A stretch of DNA of 11,533 nucleotides from the NCBI GenBank assembly GCA_046538485.1, contig JBKHIT010000098.1, forward strand, positions 1 to 11,533, read 5' to 3'. The notes beneath the pieces are model-generated. The model was not told the origin of the DNA. It saw only the letters and a program-made list of their open reading frames with translations, and ran no database searches. Every line of letters starts with the position of its first letter. Within the stretch, counting starts at the first letter, position 1. Below, piece after piece: positions 8,258-11,533 of this stretch. The DNA is from Candidatus Brocadiia bacterium. GTDB taxonomy: Bacteria > Planctomycetota > Brocadiia > SM23-32. Both the position numbers and the translations under genes were made by a program.

Positions 8258-8372
8258 GTGATAGCTCTCCGCAAGATCGGGGCCGAAACCGGAATATAGG
8301 CATATCTTACAACAAATGGGCGTGGTGTTGCTACCGACAACGGCTACAACCGGATGTGCACCAGGAACTGCG

Positions 8373-8750
8373 TCAACGGGCCCATTTGTCGAGCCCGTTT
8401 ATCAGCCCCGACAGCATCCGGGCGATCTCTTGCAGGTTGGCCTTCAGCCTGCGTGCCTGGCGTCTTCCAAGAGCTGGCGCCGACGCGCAAGTTCCAACAG
8501 GGGGACACACTCCTGTACGGAGCCCCTGGCGATGCCGAAGAAGTTCTTGCGGTCTGCCTTGGTGAAATGGCCGTTGCCTGCCGCGAGAGCTCGCGGGAGC
8601 GATGTTGGCGGCTATGGAGAGGGAGGCGCGGTTGAGCTGATCGGAGAGAAAACCGTAGCCGCAGGGGAACTTCTCGGTAAGGGCGGCTACCCCGTCGGCG
8701 AAGTCGACGGCCTTCTGGTAGACGGGTAATCGCTGGAAAATGCAAACAGG
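8373..8750 (-). pseudogene. Frameshifted four-helix-bundle protein (23S rRNA IVP / TIGR02436 family)
   Basis: Joined across frames it reads FAF/QRLPVYQKAVDFADGVAALTEKFPCGYGFLSDQLNRASLSIAANIA/xGNGHFTKADRKNFFGIARGSVQECVPLLELARRRQLLEDARHA/LKANLQEIARMLSGLINGLDKWAR*. It has the family motifs L.VYQKA, DQL.RA..SI..NIAEG and F..IARGS..E. Three indels and no intact start. Not in the ORF track. Confidence 0.88.
8581..8602. repeat. Short palindromic insertion inside the four-helix-bundle pseudogene
   Basis: CCGCGAG-AG-CTCGCGG (8581-8596); GCGA is directly repeated at 8583-8586 and 8599-8602; removing 16 bp restores the reading frame at the NIA(E)G motif. Confidence 0.6.
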
Positions 8751-9023
8751 CTTGGAAATTCCAACAATCTCGGGCGCGTTCTGAACTCCAGCCTCCGGCT
8801 GAAGTCCAGTCCGCTCATGGGGTGTGCTCCGGAAATAGGGGAAGCGCTCCTCTGTTACCCTTCATGAATACGAGTTTAGGCTCTGGTATGTCGTCCGAAA
8901 AAATGTGTGTCGCACGGCTGCGCGGGCGGACGGATCAAAACGAACGCTCAAGTCGGTTGTAAGGAGATGCTGCAGGATTGGTGGTGCCCAAAAACAAACC
9001 TGAGAACACCTGCACAGCCCCGG

Positions 9024-10067
9024 TTATCCCCCAATAAGCACCGGTTCACCGTCGGCCGCGCTCCGGTAAATCGAATCAAGCAACTCCATCACGATCAGTC
9101 CTTCCTCCCCGGTGGCGATGTGCGGCTGGTCATTCACAATGCAGTCGACAAAGTGGTACATCGAGCTGTGAACGCCGGCGCCGGTCTGGTGGAGGGTCTT
9201 ATCGTACTGGTATCCGCCTTCGGTGGTGTGCACTTTCGCCTCAAAATCATACCCTTCCCCGACGTTCTGGTAGATCAATCCCCCTTCGGTGCCGAGTACC
9301 CTGGTTTCCATGAGTTCGTTTTCTCCAATATGGGCAGCCCAGGACGCTTCGGCCTCAAGGGTGGCGCCGTTGTCGAACTTGATCAGCGCAACGGCAAGAT
9401 CTTCGACGTCGAATTTTTTGCCTTCTTCTTCGGCCGCGGTCGAGGCCAGGTAGTCGTAAGTGCTACCGAGCACCCAGCTGGGCTGAGGGTACCCCATCAG
9501 CCAGAGCGCCAGGTCGATTCTGTGAACGCCCAGATCAATCAACGGACCGCCGCCCGCCAGCTCTTTCTGCCCGAACCATCCGCCGAAACCGGGCATACCC
9601 CGACGGCGGAGCCAGATAGTGCGGGCGAAATAGACATCTCCGAGTGTTCCGGCATCCACCTGTGATTTCAGTGCCTGCGCCACCTCGTTGAACCGGAACG
9701 AGAAATTAATCATGAGACGTTTCCCCGCGTTCTCGGAAGCAGATATCATCTCCCGTCCTTGTTCGGCGTTCATTGCCATGGGTTTTTCGCACAGCACGTG
9801 GCAACCTTCTTCGAAAGCCTGAATTGTAAGCGGTTTATGAAACTTGTTGGGGGTGGCCACGCTGACCACATCGAGGTCTTCCTGGTCCAGCATAACCTCG
9901 CCTGACGGGTACAGATTCTCCACCGCGAACTCCGCGCCGACCTGATCGAGTCGGTCCTCATCCAGATCGGCAACCGCGACCACTTCGGCGTTCGGGTGTT
10001 CCTGGTATCCTGCAACGTGACCGCGTCCCATCCCGAGACCAATGACTCCAGCTCGTAATTTTTCCAT
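9024..10067 (-). CDS. Gfo/Idh/MocA family NAD(P)-dependent oxidoreductase
   Basis: 347 aa; N-terminal Rossmann motif (GVIGLGMG), VSVATPNKFH, HVLCEKP, GGGPLIDLGVH; GAAGAGG RBS. Confidence 0.95.
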   Translation of the reverse strand: MEKLRAGVIGLGMGRGHVAGYQEHPNAEVVAVADLDEDRLDQVGAEFAVENLYPSGEVMLDQEDLDVVSVATPNKFHKPLTIQAFEEGCHVLCEKPMAMNAEQGREMISASENAGKRLMINFSFRFNEVAQALKSQVDAGTLGDVYFARTIWLRRRGMPGFGGWFGQKELAGGGPLIDLGVHRIDLALWLMGYPQPSWVLGSTYDYLASTAAEEEGKKFDVEDLAVALIKFDNGATLEAEASWAAHIGENELMETRVLGTEGGLIYQNVGEGYDFEAKVHTTEGGYQYDKTLHQTGAGVHSSMYHFVDCIVNDQPHIATGEEGLIVMELLDSIYRSAADGEPVLIGG

Positions 10068-10222
10068 TTGTGCCTCTTCCTGAATTCAACTGTGGGAAAT
10101 ACAATGACCGAGACGTCAAGGCGGGTAAGTATGACGGCTGCAATTCCATCGGTCAAGCAACGGGTGATTGAGAACCAGGCGCATGATTACTGGAGGGAGT
10201 GGGCGAATGCGGACAGGAACGT

Positions 10223-10828
10223 TCAGCGCGCCGGGCAGCTCCCGGCGCCACGTTTTTGGTAGTACTGCTGATGGTACTCTTCCGCCCGATAGAACGGTCC
10301 GGCTGGTTCGATTTCCGTCACGATCGGTTTTTCATACGTGCCGCTCTGATCGAGCTTGCTCTTCGATTCTCTGGCAAACGTCTCCTGTTCTTCATTGTGA
10401 TAGAAGATGGCCGATCGATACTGGCTGCCGACGTCCGGTCCCTGCCGATTTCGGGTGGTTGGATCATGGCTGTCCCAGAATACGTCGAGCAATTCTTCAT
10501 AGGACAGTTTGTCGGGGTCATATTCGACGAGAACGGCCTCGGCGTGTCCTGTGTCCTTCCGGCAGACCTCTTCGTAGGTCGGATTTTCGGTCGATCCGCC
10601 GGTGAATCCGACGGTTGTATCGACGACGCCGTCCAGTTTCCGGAACGTCTCCTCGACGCCCCAGAAACATCCGGCGGCAAAAGTGGCTTTGGCCAATTCT
10701 ATATCTCCTTGTTTCGGGGTTTCAGCGGGTTGTTGAACGGTGTTTCCGCACCGCAGCGATACCGAAAGAATAGCACCAAGGGCAAAGATGACCGAAATTG
10801 CTGTGATTCTCAATGTCAACATCTCCAT
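10223..10828 (-). CDS. msrA: Peptide-methionine (S)-S-oxide reductase MsrA with N-terminal signal/anchor
   Basis: AAGCFWG active site, [38 protein letters not shown]-terminal GSC. Start is uncertain (ATG 10828 or 10822, TTG 10843). Confidence 0.95.
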   Translation of the reverse strand: MEMLTLRITAISVIFALGAILSVSLRCGNTVQQPAETPKQGDIELAKATFAAGCFWGVEETFRKLDGVVDTTVGFTGGSTENPTYEEVCRKDTGHAEAVLVEYDPDKLSYEELLDVFWDSHDPTTRNRQGPDVGSQYRSAIFYHNEEQETFARESKSKLDQSGTYEKPIVTEIEPAGPFYRAEEYHQQYYQKRGAGSCPAR

Positions 10829-10898
10829 AGTGGAACGGACCAACAGTCCATTTTAACATGTTGCCGACAAAAGGAACAGGTCTGAAACGGCATTTTGC

Positions 10899-10927
10899 TT
10901 GACAGAAATGCCCATGCCCGGTAGAGT
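10899..10927 (+). promoter_or_regulatory. Sigma70 promoter of tRNA-Pro
   Basis: TTGACA (10899-10904)-N17-TAGAGT (10922-10927), 21 nt upstream of the tRNA. Confidence 0.8.
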
Positions 10928-10948
10928 TTAGATCCCCACTTTTACCGT

Positions 10949-11027
10949 CGGGGCGTGGCTCAGTTTGGCTTAGAGCGCTGCGTTCGGGACGCAGAGGTCC
11001 CCGGTTCGAATCCGGGCGCCCCGACCA
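10949..11027 (+). tRNA. tRNA-Pro (anticodon CGG)
   Basis: Cloverleaf: acceptor CGGGGCG/CGCCCCG, D-arm GCTC/GAGC, anticodon arm CTGCG-TTCGGGA-CGCAG, T-arm CCCGG-TTCGAAT-CCGGG, discriminator A plus CCA; 79 nt. Confidence 0.97.
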
Positions 11028-11032
11028 TCGTT

Positions 11033-11076
11033 AAGATTAAGCCCTTCTGCCAGAAAGCAGAAGGGCTTAATCTTTT
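11033..11076 (+). terminator. Rho-independent terminator after tRNA-Pro
   Basis: Perfect 18-bp inverted repeat AAGATTAAGCCCTTCTGC-CAGAAA-GCAGAAGGGCTTAATCTT followed by TT. Confidence 0.8.
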
Positions 11077-11154
11077 ACTCCTCGATAGTGGGGCAACTTG
11101 TCGGGAGTCGCCCGGTGAACGATCTTCACGCCGATAAATGCAGGGGAACGGTAC

Positions 11155-11502
11155 GCTAGCCCGGATTTTACGGATAATTGGAAGCCATTCTTGCCAAATC
11201 AGGGTAGAATCTTTATTGAAAACCGTTCACAACCCTTCTCAGCCAAAAATCCGGGCTAAAAAAACGGCGTATAAATCTGACAACTTAAAATCAGTGATCA
11301 CCAACGAGGCAAACGCTACTTTGAGAAACGGTTGGCCTTAACTGCTTTTTCACAAGTAAGATACAGAAATCTTCCGGCACAGTAGCACTGACCGGACAGT
11401 TTGAACACTTCTTGTTGTTGTAAGTTCTTACACCTGAACGGCATGCGCCGTTTTATATAGCCTGCATCCGTAAGATACAGGCTAGCCTGAACTTTACGGA
11501 TA
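11155..11502. repeat. Cluster of related direct/inverted repeats (TAGCCYG core), possible IS/MITE ends
   Basis: GCTAGCCCGGATTTTACGGATA (11155-11176) and GCTAGCCTGAACTTTACGGATA (11481-11502) match 19/22 as a direct repeat. CATCCGTAAGATACAGGCTAGC (11465-11486) matches the first 18/22 inverted. AAAATCCGGGCTA (11246-11258) is a perfect 13-bp inversion of 11157-11169. GTAAGATACAG occurs at 11356-11366 and 11470-11480. Confidence 0.7.
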
Positions 11503-11533
11503 TCCTGCCGTTATCTGGCGTAAGCAATGCTTT

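Noticed and set aside
8316..8745. ORF-track calls 8316-8729(+), 8344-8745(-), 8354-8635(+) and 8356-8565(+)
   Set aside because: Wrong-frame or antisense readings of the four-helix-bundle pseudogene.
8373..8750. Diversity-generating retroelement (Avd homologue)
   Set aside because: No reverse transcriptase and no TR/VR repeat pair with adenine-specific mismatches in the window.
6018..8832. 11-bp inverted repeat CCGGAGCACAC (6018-6028 and 8822-8832) as element ends
   Set aside because: Many 11-mer matches are expected by chance across 11.5 kb at this distance; no TSD or mobility gene.
2769..10067. Isomerase plus Gfo/Idh/MocA as one sugar-catabolism operon
   Set aside because: These families often cooperate, but here they are over 5 kb apart and separated by unrelated and oppositely oriented genes.
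10955..11341. 60-aa and 67-aa ORFs after msrA
   Set aside because: The first overlaps tRNA-Pro and its terminator; the second runs through the repeat cluster with no RBS or protein-like features.

Overview
Bacterial chromosomal window, most likely PVC superphylum and probably Planctomycetota. This is inferred from a long-form GreA and a planctomycete-type CPxC...CPxC zinc-ribbon protein. Most of the window is ordinary housekeeping or metabolic content: the 5' part of an SGNH/GDSL hydrolase gene (missed by the ORF track), two small proteins, a multi-pass membrane protein, tRNA-Arg(TCT), a TIM-barrel sugar isomerase/epimerase, a 722-aa GreA, a WecA/TagO-like transferase, a Gfo/Idh/MocA oxidoreductase, an MsrA with an N-terminal export signal, and tRNA-Pro(CGG) with a clear promoter and terminator. 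Two stretches are atypical. (1) A decaying patch at about 7.3-8.9 kb holds a broken pentapeptide-repeat/K+-channel fusion gene and a four-helix-bundle gene, not in the ORF track, disrupted by a 16-bp palindromic insertion. (2) A non-coding stretch after tRNA-Pro (11155-11502) carries a cluster of related direct and inverted repeats anchored on CTAG/YTAR, resembling stacked IS/MITE ends. No complete novel system is demonstrable from this window alone; the repeat cluster at the right edge is the best lead.
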